A stretch of 64,000 nucleotides of DNA from the NCBI GenBank assembly GCA_016707005.1, contig JADJIQ010000005.1, positions 460,585-524,584 on the forward strand, written 5' to 3'. Source of the DNA: Ignavibacteria bacterium. GTDB taxonomy: Bacteria; Bacteroidota; Ignavibacteria; Kapaibacteriales; Kapaibacteriaceae. The notes beneath the pieces were generated by a model. The model was given only the letters and a program-made list of their open reading frames with translations, did not search any database and had not been told where the DNA came from. Every line of letters begins with the position of its first letter. The stretch's first letter is position 1. Below are positions 47,661-57,589 of the stretch, piece after piece. Position numbers and translations under genes: made by a program.

Positions 47661-49034
47661 TCAGGACGTGCGTCCTGCCTCCCACTGCATCAGACTGCGT
47701 GATGCACGCTGAAGTAATTCTGTCCCTGCAACATACACGAAGATGAGTGGTATCACCTTAAAGAGTCCGCGGCGCAACGTCTGCTCAACTATCGCCGCAC
47801 TGAATATCGTCCCCACAAACCAAAGTCCGAGGAAGACAACACCGATCCACATAAGTGGTAGCAATGGTCCTGTCTTGCGAGTTACAACCACATTGCCGAC
47901 AAAGACCACAGCAAGCAAGAGGAATGAACCCGCCCATAGCCCCTTATCGATAACGACATTTGAGAAGGTGCTTGTGACAACCTGTATGAACCGAGCTCCA
48001 TCAAAGCCGATAAGTTGTTCCGCCGTAGACGGGCGTACCGGGAGATAGGCATTGAAGAACAGAACATGCCAAATGGCAAAGACGCCAAGAGACGCAACAG
48101 CTGCCACCGCTGCATACGTTGCCGCCGAACGCCAAGAGAACGCGCGTGCCACGAATGGAAGAGAGGCAGCAACGCCGATCGCAACGAGCAGGATTGACTC
48201 CGTACGAGACCAGCATGCCCCGCAGAGCATGATCACTGACAACCACAACAGGGCTTGTTGATTCTTGGCGATGGCTTGCCAGATCAGAATGGCGCCAATA
48301 GCAAAGAATGCGGCGTTGATATGATCCGTCTGAACGAGATAGGAGTACCCCAGCATCTCAGGCGTGAGAATATAGAGGATCCAGAGAATGCCGGCGATGA
48401 ATGGATGCGCAAGTTCACGTAGCACCGACCATAGAAACCACGCCAGTGCACATGCGACTATTGGGACCCACAGCTGACCATAGGCGAATCCAACAAGGCG
48501 GAACATCACCTGCAGCAACATGGCGAATGGGGCGTAGAATGGCTGGTTGGACAGTTGGCCCGCAAGAGAAGGATCAGTGAAGACACGATTGACGATCGTG
48601 CCTTCTTCAACCGTCTGACGAGCAACGAGATCGATGCCTGCCATCGCATCGAACGGTGTAACCGGCCAATACCATGCAGCCCATGTAGCGATGAACGCAA
48701 CATAGAGGGCAACACCAAGCGGTATCATGTCATAGAGCGTGAGCGTCCAGGTCGGCTTCGAGAGGAGTCCGCTATAGAACGCTGAAACATTCTTCCACCA
48801 CACATGCGGCAGCAATGCAACAACAGCACCGGAGATCAATAGCGTTCCGGTGGACAACGGAATGTTCAGCAGCTCACAACCAAAGAATGCGACCGTATGT
48901 AAGAACATGCCCACAAGCAAGGCCAGCGGGATGGACATTGACCTCGGCATGGCAACGCGCAATGCTCCCAGTGTAGCAAGTCCTGCTATCCACTGAAGGC
49001 CGATCATCATGAAGAACGGGATGCCGACGTTCAT
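47661..49034 (-). CDS. Polytopic integral membrane protein with about 11-12 TM helices, possibly a GT-C-like glycosyltransferase.
   Basis: It is highly hydrophobic with periodic TM segments. There is a 1-nt overlap with the upstream gene. Confidence 0.55.
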   Translation of the reverse strand: MNVGIPFFMMIGLQWIAGLATLGALRVAMPRSMSIPLALLVGMFLHTVAFFGCELLNIPLSTGTLLISGAVVALLPHVWWKNVSAFYSGLLSKPTWTLTLYDMIPLGVALYVAFIATWAAWYWPVTPFDAMAGIDLVARQTVEEGTIVNRVFTDPSLAGQLSNQPFYAPFAMLLQVMFRLVGFAYGQLWVPIVACALAWFLWSVLRELAHPFIAGILWILYILTPEMLGYSYLVQTDHINAAFFAIGAILIWQAIAKNQQALLWLSVIMLCGACWSRTESILLVAIGVAASLPFVARAFSWRSAATYAAVAAVASLGVFAIWHVLFFNAYLPVRPSTAEQLIGFDGARFIQVVTSTFSNVVIDKGLWAGSFLLLAVVFVGNVVVTRKTGPLLPLMWIGVVFLGLWFVGTIFSAAIVEQTLRRGLFKVIPLIFVYVAGTELLQRASRSLMQWEAGRTS

Positions 49035-49537
49035 TATCGCCCCTTCCCGTATTCGATCAATAACGAATCGATGTTCGTTTGCCCACCGCGACGTGCGATC
49101 CAGATCTGGTTCTCATTGAGCACAACAAAAGCGTTCGCTGATGAACGACGTGTTGAATCCGCCCAGGTAACAATGTTCTGAAAACCAACCATCCAGGTGA
49201 AGATCCGCGCGTCGGTCCATATCGCGTTCGATGTCATATATCGTCCGGCATACGACATCGGAGGAAGAAGGACGACGTCCGTTGGACGCATGTGGTTGAC
49301 GATGTATGTAGGGATCTCCACGTTCGCTACATGTCTCATGAAGAGACGTTCCTTCCACGAACGGATCTTGTTCAGCGAGTCGAGCTTATCTCCATAGAGA
49401 CCGATACGAGCATCATACGCCGTAGCATACGTATTGAAGCCGTTGAATTCGGCTGATATCAATACTGTAATGATCACCACCATGATGATGGCGAGGATGA
49501 GACCACGCAGGGAGAAGATCGGCGGGCGCTCGTTCAT
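49034..49537 (-). CDS. Hypothetical membrane-anchored protein.
   Basis: A 167-aa ORF with an N-terminal TM (LILAIIMVVIITVLI), 14 nt downstream of atpG. Confidence 0.45.
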   Translation of the reverse strand: MNERPPIFSLRGLILAIIMVVIITVLISAEFNGFNTYATAYDARIGLYGDKLDSLNKIRSWKERLFMRHVANVEIPTYIVNHMRPTDVVLLPPMSYAGRYMTSNAIWTDARIFTWMVGFQNIVTWADSTRRSSANAFVVLNENQIWIARRGGQTNIDSLLIEYGKGR

Positions 49538-49550
49538 TGCAACCTATGGA

Positions 49551-50432
49551 TCAGTTGCCGGACAGTGCCTCGGCACCACCCACGATCTCCAACATTTCCT
49601 TGGTGATCGCTGCTTGACGTTCGCGGTTGTAGATGAGTTGCAGAGACTTGATAAGGTCGCGGGCGTTGGTAGTAGCATTCTCCATCGCCATACGACGAGC
49701 AGCATGTTCGGCTGCATTGGAATCAAGGAGGGAACGCCACACTTGAAGCTTCACATACATTGGGAGAAGCGTATCAAGGATCTCCGCACGTGTAGGTTCA
49801 AAGATGTACTCAACGTTGTGCTGGGACTTGTCAGGCTTCACATCAGGAATGATCGGAAGCAGCTGCATTCTCCGCACTTCTTGGCGCATCACAGTAACGA
49901 ACTCATTGGACATCAACTCTACCTGATCGAAACGCTGAGCCAGGAATGAATCGGAAACGAGTTCGGCGATATCTACGGCAGTACTGTAGTCGAGCTTCGT
50001 GAATACGTCGTTGAACTCACGGACCACGTCCTCCGAGCCCTTACGAGCAGAGTTCACGGCACGCTTTCCAACAGGGATCACGTGAATGGTTGCAGCAGGA
50101 TGCTCCTTATGCAACTCCGCCATGCGAAGTCCGGCGGCACGCAACAGGTTCGTATTGAACGCACCGCAGAGGCCACGGTCCGACGAGATCACGATGATCG
50201 CGATCGATGTAACGGTCTTGCGGGTCTCGAAGAACGGGTGCACGAACTCTGTATCTGCCGACGACAGATTACCAAGGATCTTCTGCACTTGTTTTGCAAA
50301 GGGGCGGGCAGCGATGATCGCATCTTGGGCACGACGAAGTTTCGCCGTTGCCACCATGCTCATTGCCTGGGTGATCTTCGACGTATTCTTGACCGAGGTT
50401 ATGCGGTCGCGTGTTTCACGTAGGGTTGCCAT
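49551..50432 (-). CDS. atpG: F0F1 ATP synthase gamma subunit.
   Basis: The N-terminus (MATLRETRDRITSVKNTSKITQAMSMVATAKLRRAQ) and C-terminal LIYNRERQAAITKEMLEIVGGAEAL are typical of gamma subunits. Confidence 0.92.
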   Translation of the reverse strand: MATLRETRDRITSVKNTSKITQAMSMVATAKLRRAQDAIIAARPFAKQVQKILGNLSSADTEFVHPFFETRKTVTSIAIIVISSDRGLCGAFNTNLLRAAGLRMAELHKEHPAATIHVIPVGKRAVNSARKGSEDVVREFNDVFTKLDYSTAVDIAELVSDSFLAQRFDQVELMSNEFVTVMRQEVRRMQLLPIIPDVKPDKSQHNVEYIFEPTRAEILDTLLPMYVKLQVWRSLLDSNAAEHAARRMAMENATTNARDLIKSLQLIYNRERQAAITKEMLEIVGGAEALSGN

Positions 50433-50462
50433 CCGTCTGTTTCCGTTCTAGTCAGTTGGTTT

Positions 50463-51422
50463 TCACAAATACGGCCAGTCCTTGAGCAAATGCTCTTGGA
50501 CGTAGTCGGCAACGGTTGATTCAAGGGGACCGAAGTGTACATCAGGCAACGCTCGTTGCATGGTGGACATATCGGCCAGCGTAAAGTTCTGGTACTGTTT
50601 CGCGAGACCTTCCGGCATATCCGTATACACGATGTTCGGTTCTCGACCCATGGCAGTGAACACTGCGGTCATGAGGTCATTCCATGTTCGTGCAACACCG
50701 GTCCCAAGATTCATGATCCCGTTCACATCAGGCCGTTCCAACAGCGTCATCATCACCTTGCAGACATCTTTCACGTAGACAAAGTCTCGCATCTGTCCGC
50801 CGTCTGTATAAGACGGATCGACACTCTTGAATAGGCTCACACTTCCCGATGCATGGATCTGAGATACGGCTTTGAATACCATGCTGGACATACTGCCCTT
50901 GTGATATTCATTTGGACCGAACACGTTGAAGAACTTCAAACCAACACAAGAATCTGTGAGGTTCTGTTCTCTGATCCAGCGATCGAACAGATGCTTCGAA
51001 TACCCATACATGTTCAACGGACGCAGATCCGTTGAGCCGTCTGTATAGCCTCGTGAGCCACTGCCATACGTTGCAGCACTGCTTGCGTAGATGAACCGTG
51101 CTCCGCGTTCGATCGCGAATTCCGCGACGTCGATGCTGTAGAGGTAGTTGTTGTCATAGAGGTAGTCCGCATCTGTCTCCGTTGTGGAGGAGCAGGCACC
51201 CATATGGACAACAGCCTCAACGTCTTCTACGTCGCCAACGGCCATCATATCCCTGAATTCTTCCTTGCCAACTATGCCAATGAACGTCCGATCAACAAGA
51301 TTCTTCCACTTGTTCCCGGTACCGAGAGAGTCCACGATCAGAACATCCTCACGTCCTGCGGCATTGAGCGAAGCAAGAAAGCAACTCCCAATGAAACCCG
51401 CGCCGCCAGTGAGGACGATCAT
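50463..51422 (-). CDS. hldD: ADP-L-glycero-D-manno-heptose 6-epimerase.
   Basis: It aligns strongly by eye with E. coli HldD (MIVLTGGAGFIGS...EGACSSTTE...YASSAATYG...NVFGP.E.HKGSMSS...NLGTG). The start is placed at MIVLTGG (approximately; about +/-1 nt of indexing uncertainty here). Confidence 0.9.
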   Translation of the reverse strand: MIVLTGGAGFIGSCFLASLNAAGREDVLIVDSLGTGNKWKNLVDRTFIGIVGKEEFRDMMAVGDVEDVEAVVHMGACSSTTETDADYLYDNNYLYSIDVAEFAIERGARFIYASSAATYGSGSRGYTDGSTDLRPLNMYGYSKHLFDRWIREQNLTDSCVGLKFFNVFGPNEYHKGSMSSMVFKAVSQIHASGSVSLFKSVDPSYTDGGQMRDFVYVKDVCKVMMTLLERPDVNGIMNLGTGVARTWNDLMTAVFTAMGREPNIVYTDMPEGLAKQYQNFTLADMSTMQRALPDVHFGPLESTVADYVQEHLLKDWPYL

Positions 51423-51432
51423 CGTTGGAACC

Positions 51433-52986
51433 TTAGACGAGTGCCGCTGCGAAGCGCTCAGTGAAGCTCTTGAGCGTTGCATTGAGATTCGCAACGATCT
51501 CGTCTGTAAGGGCCTTCTTCACGCGCAGACCTTCGATGATGTCAGCATGACCGGCATGGACGAACTCAAGGAGTTCCGTCTCATACTTTTTGATGCTCTC
51601 CACCGGAAGCTCGTCCATGAAGCCTGTGGAGGCTGCATAGATGACAACGATCTGGTCTTCAACGGGAACAGGCGAATACTGTGGCTGCTTCATCACTTCA
51701 AGGAGGCGTGCGCCTCGACGAAGTTGCTGGAGCGTTGTCTTGTCGAGATCGGATCCGAAACGTGCGAATGCTTCAAGAGCACGGAACTGAGCAAGATCCA
51801 GCTTCAACGGTCCGGCAACCTTCTTCATGGCCTTGATCTGAGCATTACCGCCCACACGAGACACCGAGATACCCACGTTAAGAGCAGGACGTACACCGGC
51901 ATTGAAGAGGTTCGGTTCGAGGTAGATCTGACCGTCCGTGATGGAGATCACGTTCGTAGGGATGTAGGCAGATACGTCACCGGCTTGTGTTTCGATCACC
52001 GGAAGTGCAGTAAGCGAGCCGCCACCTAGTGCGTCGCTGAGCTTAGCTGCGCGTTCCAGAAGACGTGAGTGGAGATAGAACACGTCACCCGGATACGCCT
52101 CGCGTCCTGGTGGACGACGAAGGAGCAGAGATACTTGGCGATACGAAGCAGCTTGCTTGGAGAGATCATCATACACCACGAGTGCGTGGCGACCTGAGTC
52201 GCGGAAAAACTCGCCCATCGAGCAACCGCTATACGGTGCGATGAACTGCAATGGTGCAGGGTCAGAAGCAGTGGCGCAGACCACTGTTGTGTACGCCATA
52301 GCGCCATATTTCTCGAGTGTGGCCACAACATTGGCTACCGTGGATCCCTTTTGGCCAATGGCTACATAGATGCAATACACAGGCTTGATGCCTTGATCGG
52401 CAGCTTCCTTTGTATGTGTGAAGCGCTGATTGATGATCGCATCAAGGGCAACAACCGTCTTTCCTGTTTGGCGGTCTCCGATGATCAACTCACGCTGACC
52501 GCGACCGATCGGGATGAGTGCATCGATGGCCTTGATACCCGTTTGAAGCGGTTCGGTCACCGGCTGGCGGTCGATCACACCAAGAGCCTTGCGCTCGATC
52601 GGATAGAAAGCGGATTCCTTGATCGGCCCCTTACCGTCGAGTGGTCTTCCCAGCGGGTCAACAACACGTCCGATAAGTCCTTCACCAACAGGCACAGATG
52701 CGATCCGGCCCGTACGGCGTGCTTGATCACCTTCCTTGATAAGGGAGTCCTCACCGAACAACACAACACCAACGTTGTCTTCTTCGAGGTTGAGAACCAT
52801 GCCCATCACACCATTCGGAAACTCAACGAGCTCCGAAGCCATCACGTTGGTGAGGCCGTAGATGCGAGCAACACCGTCGCCCACCTGGAGAACGGTTCCT
52901 ACTTCATAAATATCGGTCTCCTTTTCGAACCCCGTCAGCTGGCGACGGAGTATCGCAGAGATCTCATCGGGACGTACTTCAGACAT
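51433..52986 (-). CDS. atpA: F0F1 ATP synthase alpha subunit.
   Basis: Walker A (GDRQTGKT), DDLSKQA and the general F1-alpha architecture are present. Length is 517 aa. Confidence 0.97.
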   Translation of the reverse strand: MSEVRPDEISAILRRQLTGFEKETDIYEVGTVLQVGDGVARIYGLTNVMASELVEFPNGVMGMVLNLEEDNVGVVLFGEDSLIKEGDQARRTGRIASVPVGEGLIGRVVDPLGRPLDGKGPIKESAFYPIERKALGVIDRQPVTEPLQTGIKAIDALIPIGRGQRELIIGDRQTGKTVVALDAIINQRFTHTKEAADQGIKPVYCIYVAIGQKGSTVANVVATLEKYGAMAYTTVVCATASDPAPLQFIAPYSGCSMGEFFRDSGRHALVVYDDLSKQAASYRQVSLLLRRPPGREAYPGDVFYLHSRLLERAAKLSDALGGGSLTALPVIETQAGDVSAYIPTNVISITDGQIYLEPNLFNAGVRPALNVGISVSRVGGNAQIKAMKKVAGPLKLDLAQFRALEAFARFGSDLDKTTLQQLRRGARLLEVMKQPQYSPVPVEDQIVVIYAASTGFMDELPVESIKKYETELLEFVHAGHADIIEGLRVKKALTDEIVANLNATLKSFTERFAAALV

Positions 52987-53028
52987 CGTTGTGATTCCTT
53001 GAGAGTTTGTTCATGTTCGGGGAGAGGG

Positions 53029-53568
53029 TCACGCGCTGGCCAGTTTTTCCTTCAGCACACTCAATTGGTGCCGAAGAGAGCCGTCCAACACTTCATCGCC
53101 AACTCTCACAACAGCACCACCGAGAATGGTGGGATCTACGTCGTAGGTGGCGATAACGGTCTTGTTGAGTCGTTGGGCAATCGTCTTTTCGATTTGTACT
53201 CGTTCCGGGTCTGCAAGATCCACGGCCGACGTCACGCGGATGCGTTCGATGTTCTTCACATCATCGAGCATTGCTCCGTATTCCATGACGATCTCGCGCC
53301 AGAGATGCCCCCTACCCTTATCGAGGATCAGCATCATGAAATCGAGGGTCAGTGGGTTCAGTTTGGCGCTGAATATATCACGAACGACTTGCTTCTTGAC
53401 ACTCACATCGATAATGGGGCTTCTCAGCATTGCACGAAGATCCTTGGACGAGTCACCAACCTGACCAAAGTACTCCATGTCCTTTGCCACCTCATCTGCG
53501 ATCTTTCGTTCCACCGCAGTTTCGAGGATGGCCTTTGCATACCGGCGAGCGATTTTCAGTGTTGACAT
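53029..53568 (-). CDS. atpH: F0F1 ATP synthase delta (OSCP) subunit.
   Basis: It has a delta-subunit size of 179 aa and sits between atpF and atpA. MSTLKIARRYAKAIL is an OSCP-like N-terminus. Confidence 0.85.
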   Translation of the reverse strand: MSTLKIARRYAKAILETAVERKIADEVAKDMEYFGQVGDSSKDLRAMLRSPIIDVSVKKQVVRDIFSAKLNPLTLDFMMLILDKGRGHLWREIVMEYGAMLDDVKNIERIRVTSAVDLADPERVQIEKTIAQRLNKTVIATYDVDPTILGGAVVRVGDEVLDGSLRHQLSVLKEKLASA

Positions 53569-53575
53569 TGTAGGC

Positions 53576-54070
53576 TCAGTTCTTCGAGAGTTCGTTCACA
53601 TAACCATCAACGATCCGCTTGTGATCGTCGCCCTGAAGGTTGCGTCCAAGAAGCTTTTCCGTTGCATCAACAACAAGGGTTGATACTTCAGTACGAAGCG
53701 CCTTGATCGCATCGTCTTTCTGACGTTCGATCTCACGGGCAGACTCCGCAAGCTTCTGCTGCTTCACAAGTTCTGCCTCATCAGCAGCCTTGCGCACCAT
53801 AGCTTCTGCTTGCACCTTGCCTTCGCGAACGATGGCCATCATTTCCTGTTGGGCACCGGCGATCTTCTCCTTGCTCTCACGCAAGATGGAGAGTGCCTCG
53901 GTGTTTGCCTTGTCGGCATTCGAGATCGCTTCAGCGATAGAATTCTCGCGAGCTTCAAGCCCTTGGCGCATCGGCTTGTAGAAGAACTTCGCAATGATAA
54001 AAACGAAGAATCCGAAGTTGATGAGGGTCCAAATGATGAGACCCGGGTTCATCTCTAAGAATGATGGCAT
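53576..54070 (-). CDS. atpF: F0F1 ATP synthase subunit b.
   Basis: An N-terminal TM precedes a long charged coiled coil (AQQEMMAIVREGKVQAEAMVRKAADEAE...). Confidence 0.85.
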   Translation of the reverse strand: MPSFLEMNPGLIIWTLINFGFFVFIIAKFFYKPMRQGLEARENSIAEAISNADKANTEALSILRESKEKIAGAQQEMMAIVREGKVQAEAMVRKAADEAELVKQQKLAESAREIERQKDDAIKALRTEVSTLVVDATEKLLGRNLQGDDHKRIVDGYVNELSKN

Positions 54071-54235
54071 GGTTTTTCAGTTACGGAGTTTGAGAGATAC
54101 GGAGATACGGAGATACGGGGTTACGGGGTTCGTCATCTCGAGCGAAGTCGAGAGACGAAACTCATCGGTCGTAGTTCCCAAACATGTTGAGGACTACGAC
54201 CGGCCCCGACGTGCGGGGCCGTGTAGTGTCGTCGC
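54071..54235 (-). promoter_or_regulatory. Structured intercistronic region between atpE and atpF: an octamer array (GATACGGA/GTTACGGG) plus two stable hairpins.
   Basis: The repeat run gttacggagtttgagagatacggagatacggagatacggggttacgggg is followed by stems ggtcgtagt...actacgacc and ggccccg...cggggcc. This may be an mRNA processing or stability element that sets c-subunit stoichiometry. Confidence 0.5.
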
Positions 54236-54466
54236 TTAGCTCTTGACAGCCAGCAGGATGCAGATAACGCCTGCGAGAAGGGCAACGCCTTCGATCAGAG
54301 CCGCACCGATGATCATCGTTGTGCGGATGTCGCCTGCATTTTCAGGTTGACGGCTCGATGCTTCGAGAGCAGCAGCGGCCAAACGGCCGATACCGGTACC
54401 AACACCAAAAACCGTAACGCCCACGCCGAGACCGGCAGAGAGCCATGCGAATGCTACTGGATCCAT
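54236..54466 (-). CDS. atpE: F0F1 ATP synthase subunit c.
   Basis: It has the hairpin TM architecture with the conserved carboxylate (GAALIEGVALLAGVI) and a strong AAGGAGGT SD. Start is at MDPVAF. Confidence 0.9.
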   Translation of the reverse strand: MDPVAFAWLSAGLGVGVTVFGVGTGIGRLAAAALEASSRQPENAGDIRTTMIIGAALIEGVALLAGVICILLAVKS

Positions 54467-54515
54467 AGTCAAACCTCCTTGAATAGTGATGTGAATTGGT
54501 TTCGAAAGAATGACA

Positions 54516-55549
54516 TCAATGTGCGTGAGCGTCTGCATGGTGATGACCATCGTCTTTGACGTGATCACCAAGAGCAAGACCCACGAACACGGACGTCAGC
54601 ATAGCAAAGATGTATGCTTGAAGGAATGCAACAAGAAGTTCAAGGAGGTAGATGAAGACCGAGAAAGAAACACTTACCGGCGTCACCAACCATGACTTGA
54701 AGAAGAAAATGAGTCCTACGAGAGACATCAGCACGATGTGTCCGGCAGTCATGTTCGCGAACAAACGGATCATGAGTGCGAACGGCTTCGTGAACAGCGA
54801 GATGATCTCGATCGGCACCATAATCGGGAACATGTACCAAGGAGCGCCACCAAGAAGGTGATGCAGCCATGATTTGATACCGGCATCCTTGATGGCAACG
54901 TAGTTCACGAGAACGAACGTGGACAGAGCCAAGGCAGCTGTCACTCGAGTGCACCTGTTGCAGCGTGGCAACCCGGAAGTAGACCAACAAGGTTCAGCGT
55001 CAGAACAAAGAAGAAGATCCCAAGAACGAACGGCATGAGTCGATGCGTACGCTTGATCGTTCCAACATTCGGACGGACGATCTCATCACGAACGTAGAGA
55101 ACCACGGACTCGATCACGTTCTGAATACCCTTTGGCGCTTCGAGCGGCTGCTTGATATATCTGCCGCGAGCGATCGCAAGCAGAATGGTCACGATCGCCA
55201 TGGCGATCCACTCGTATGCCACGAAGTTCGTGACCGAGAGATCAAGCATTGGCGATCCACCATCAGACACGCGAACGGGATGGCCTGTGTGAAGCGAATA
55301 CACACCGGCTTCTTCCATCGCGTGTTCGTTGGCGTAGACGTGTAGCCCATTATCAACGAAGATCACCGGCAAGACCGGCAGATGATTGAAGAAGATGTTC
55401 AACTCGTGGTGATCACCAAGCGAACCGAGGAGGGTGGTAAAGACCTCACTGCCTTGTGGGCTGGCATGCGGATCTGCGGCGTGTGCCGTAGTGTCATGCG
55501 CCCCGTGGCTGGTGCTGTCGTGAAGCGTTTGTGTTGTGTCGTGACTCAT
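54516..55549 (-). pseudogene. atpB: F0F1 ATP synthase subunit a (atpB) split by a frameshift near 54940-54975 into two overlapping ORFs. This is either a sequencing/assembly error or a genuine disruption.
   Basis: Upstream ORF 54941..55549 ends ...LLPGCHAATGALE*. Downstream ORF 54516..54971 continues in another frame with RVTAALALSTFVLV... and contains the conserved MIRLFANMTAGH (essential Arg) motif. Confidence 0.75.
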
Positions 55550-55920
55550 GGAGTGCTTATTGCGAACGTCAGGTCAGAGGTTTTTTTTTTAAGTAGGTCT
55601 GTCACCGGACGCCTGGTTTGGCGCTTGGCGACCTCGTACGATCGATGAAAAAAAAGGATCTCTCCCAGCAAGAGTACAAAACATGCCACTGCAAATGTGA
55701 GAGCGAATCCCACTTGATGCATCTGCACGATGCTGAGAAAGTACCACGCCGCAGCCATCACGAAGATTGATCGGATACCAAGACTACCGAAGACAAGTGC
55801 GAGAAAGACGTTCAGGTCCTTGCCAAATGCGGCACGCGAAACAACGTACCCAATAGCTGTGTTCACCACACAGATACCGAGTGCCGTTAGCACACCAACA
55901 AGTGGCCCCTTCACATCCAC
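55546..55920 (-). CDS. atpI: ATP synthase protein I (AtpI)-like small membrane protein.
   Basis: A 124-aa protein with 4 TM helices, directly upstream of atpB with a 4-nt overlap. Confidence 0.6.
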   Translation of the reverse strand: MDVKGPLVGVLTALGICVVNTAIGYVVSRAAFGKDLNVFLALVFGSLGIRSIFVMAAAWYFLSIVQMHQVGFALTFAVACFVLLLGEILFFHRSYEVAKRQTRRPVTDLLKKKTSDLTFAISTP

Positions 55921-55926
55921 GCGTAC

Positions 55927-56178
55927 TTACTCCCGTTCGTTCTGATCAAGCTTTCGTTGTTTTTCTTCGTCGCCCAGTCGTTGAACCGAGCGTAAGAACT
56001 GAACAAGGCCAACAACACTCCCTACCGATGCACCGATGATGAGGATCACCGGTTCCGTTGAGGCAATGGAATCGATCCACCACCCTATTCCGCCAAGCAC
56101 TATCACCGTGGCCGCCATCTGGGTTCCCAGAAGGAGGTAGGGTGCAGCCTGTCGCATGGCAGAATCAGTAGACTGCAT
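55927..56178 (-). CDS. AtpZ-like putative F0F1-ATPase accessory subunit (ATPase_gene1 family).
   Basis: The pattern AAPYLLLGTQMAATVIVLGGIGWWIDS... matches the typical small two-TM protein found upstream of atpI in FCB-group atp operons. The alternative start MRQAAPY lies at 56157. Confidence 0.6.
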   Translation of the reverse strand: MQSTDSAMRQAAPYLLLGTQMAATVIVLGGIGWWIDSIASTEPVILIIGASVGSVVGLVQFLRSVQRLGDEEKQRKLDQNERE

Positions 56179-56224
56179 TATTGAGCCGAGTTGAAATGGC
56201 GCGCAAAAATAGGTCGATATGGGG

Positions 56225-57589
56225 CTAAAAACCCAATTCTCGCAGTGCATTTAGCACTGCATCCGTGTAGATGTTGGATGTTTCGCCATACCACTTCCCC
56301 TCGGGCACGAATCTGATGGCTCCGTAGGTTGAGGGATTAAGGGGCTGAATAGGACTTGTGGCTACGACAGTTGTCTCATCGATTCGGAATTCGTTGTCAA
56401 CGTCGTAGAGGGCGATCGTACACCCCAACTCGGTCAAACTGCGCTCGTCAATTGGAGCCTTTTCGTACCCAAGGAGTACAAAAGGAACTCGGACCTTGAC
56501 GACGTAACCGTCTACGCGGGGCGCAGTTACCACTCGAACGAGTTGCACGGCTTCTTCCTGGGCAGGGTCGAGTTCATCGGTGGTTTTGACCTTGATACTT
56601 GGTCTGCGATCGGCAAAATCACCGATGCGAACGGAGAAGGCGAACAGGCCAGAATCGCTGCTTGACCGAACAACAAGTTTGTTCCGATCGACCTTTGAGA
56701 TGTACCGATTGCCCCCTACTTCCTGGGCCGGGGTCACATCCAACCAAATATCAAGTTTATCTGCGGCGCAGGTGTCGCACCACCCGGTAATGATGCTGGA
56801 ATCTCGAACGGCGATGCGGAAATACAGAAAATCGTCATCGTATACCACTCGCGCACGGAATGATGCATCCTCCTCACCTTGCCACCAGAAGGCTCCATTC
56901 ACAACGTTTCGAACAGCTCCGATCCCTACTTCAGGGACGAAACCTGCAAAGACCTGCCGGCCTCTGCTGTAACAGGGAATGGTTAGGTACTCTGCCGCAA
57001 AGGCCGGATCACCCTCGGAGGTGAGGAATCTCTCGCGCGTCTCGAGGGTCTTATAGGATCGGAATGTTTCGTGACCGAACGATTCGATACGGTCGCTCAC
57101 AAACTCGTCAACGAGGATCACACTTCCCTCTGCAAACCGATATCCGCGGATGGTCCAATCCTCTGCCCTGCGCTTCTGGGTAACGTACGCCGTTACCTCC
57201 TTGATGACCACGCCGATCTCGAGCGGGAGATCGATGTACTGCAATGGCATCTTCGAGATGTTTACAAGGAAGCCCTCATTGTCAACGAAAAGATAGACCA
57301 CACACTCACGTTTTCGAGTGCCGAGGATATTCACGGACATGGCAAGATCGTAGAAGCCATCTCCGCTGAAATCACCAACGTCCCATCCCCAGATCCGGTA
57401 CTGGGAGCCTTGTGGCATTGATGACCGAACGTCCGCGATAAGGTCTTCAGCAAAGTATGGATCGATCTTACGGGCGAACTCATCAAACTCCATCCCAGAC
57501 TGCGCTGAGAGAGAGAGGGGGCTTGCCATGGTTATAGCAAACACACTGAGAACAGAGGCAAGAATGATCGGCAGAGATTTCACGTTCAA
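56225..57589 (-). CDS. Hypothetical secreted protein.
   Basis: It has a signal peptide (MNVKSLPIILASVLSVFAITMASPLSLSAQ). It overlaps the upstream kinase gene by 4 nt. Confidence 0.55.
   Translation of the reverse strand: MNVKSLPIILASVLSVFAITMASPLSLSAQSGMEFDEFARKIDPYFAEDLIADVRSSMPQGSQYRIWGWDVGDFSGDGFYDLAMSVNILGTRKRECVVYLFVDNEGFLVNISKMPLQYIDLPLEIGVVIKEVTAYVTQKRRAEDWTIRGYRFAEGSVILVDEFVSDRIESFGHETFRSYKTLETRERFLTSEGDPAFAAEYLTIPCYSRGRQVFAGFVPEVGIGAVRNVVNGAFWWQGEEDASFRARVVYDDDFLYFRIAVRDSSIITGWCDTCAADKLDIWLDVTPAQEVGGNRYISKVDRNKLVVRSSSDSGLFAFSVRIGDFADRRPSIKVKTTDELDPAQEEAVQLVRVVTAPRVDGYVVKVRVPFVLLGYEKAPIDERSLTELGCTIALYDVDNEFRIDETTVVATSPIQPLNPSTYGAIRFVPEGKWYGETSNIYTDAVLNALRELGF

Noticed and set aside
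51184-53565. Plus-strand ORFs of 281 aa and 404 aa overlapping atpA/atpH.
   Set aside because: They are antisense to highly conserved ATP synthase alpha/delta genes and have no recognisable motifs.
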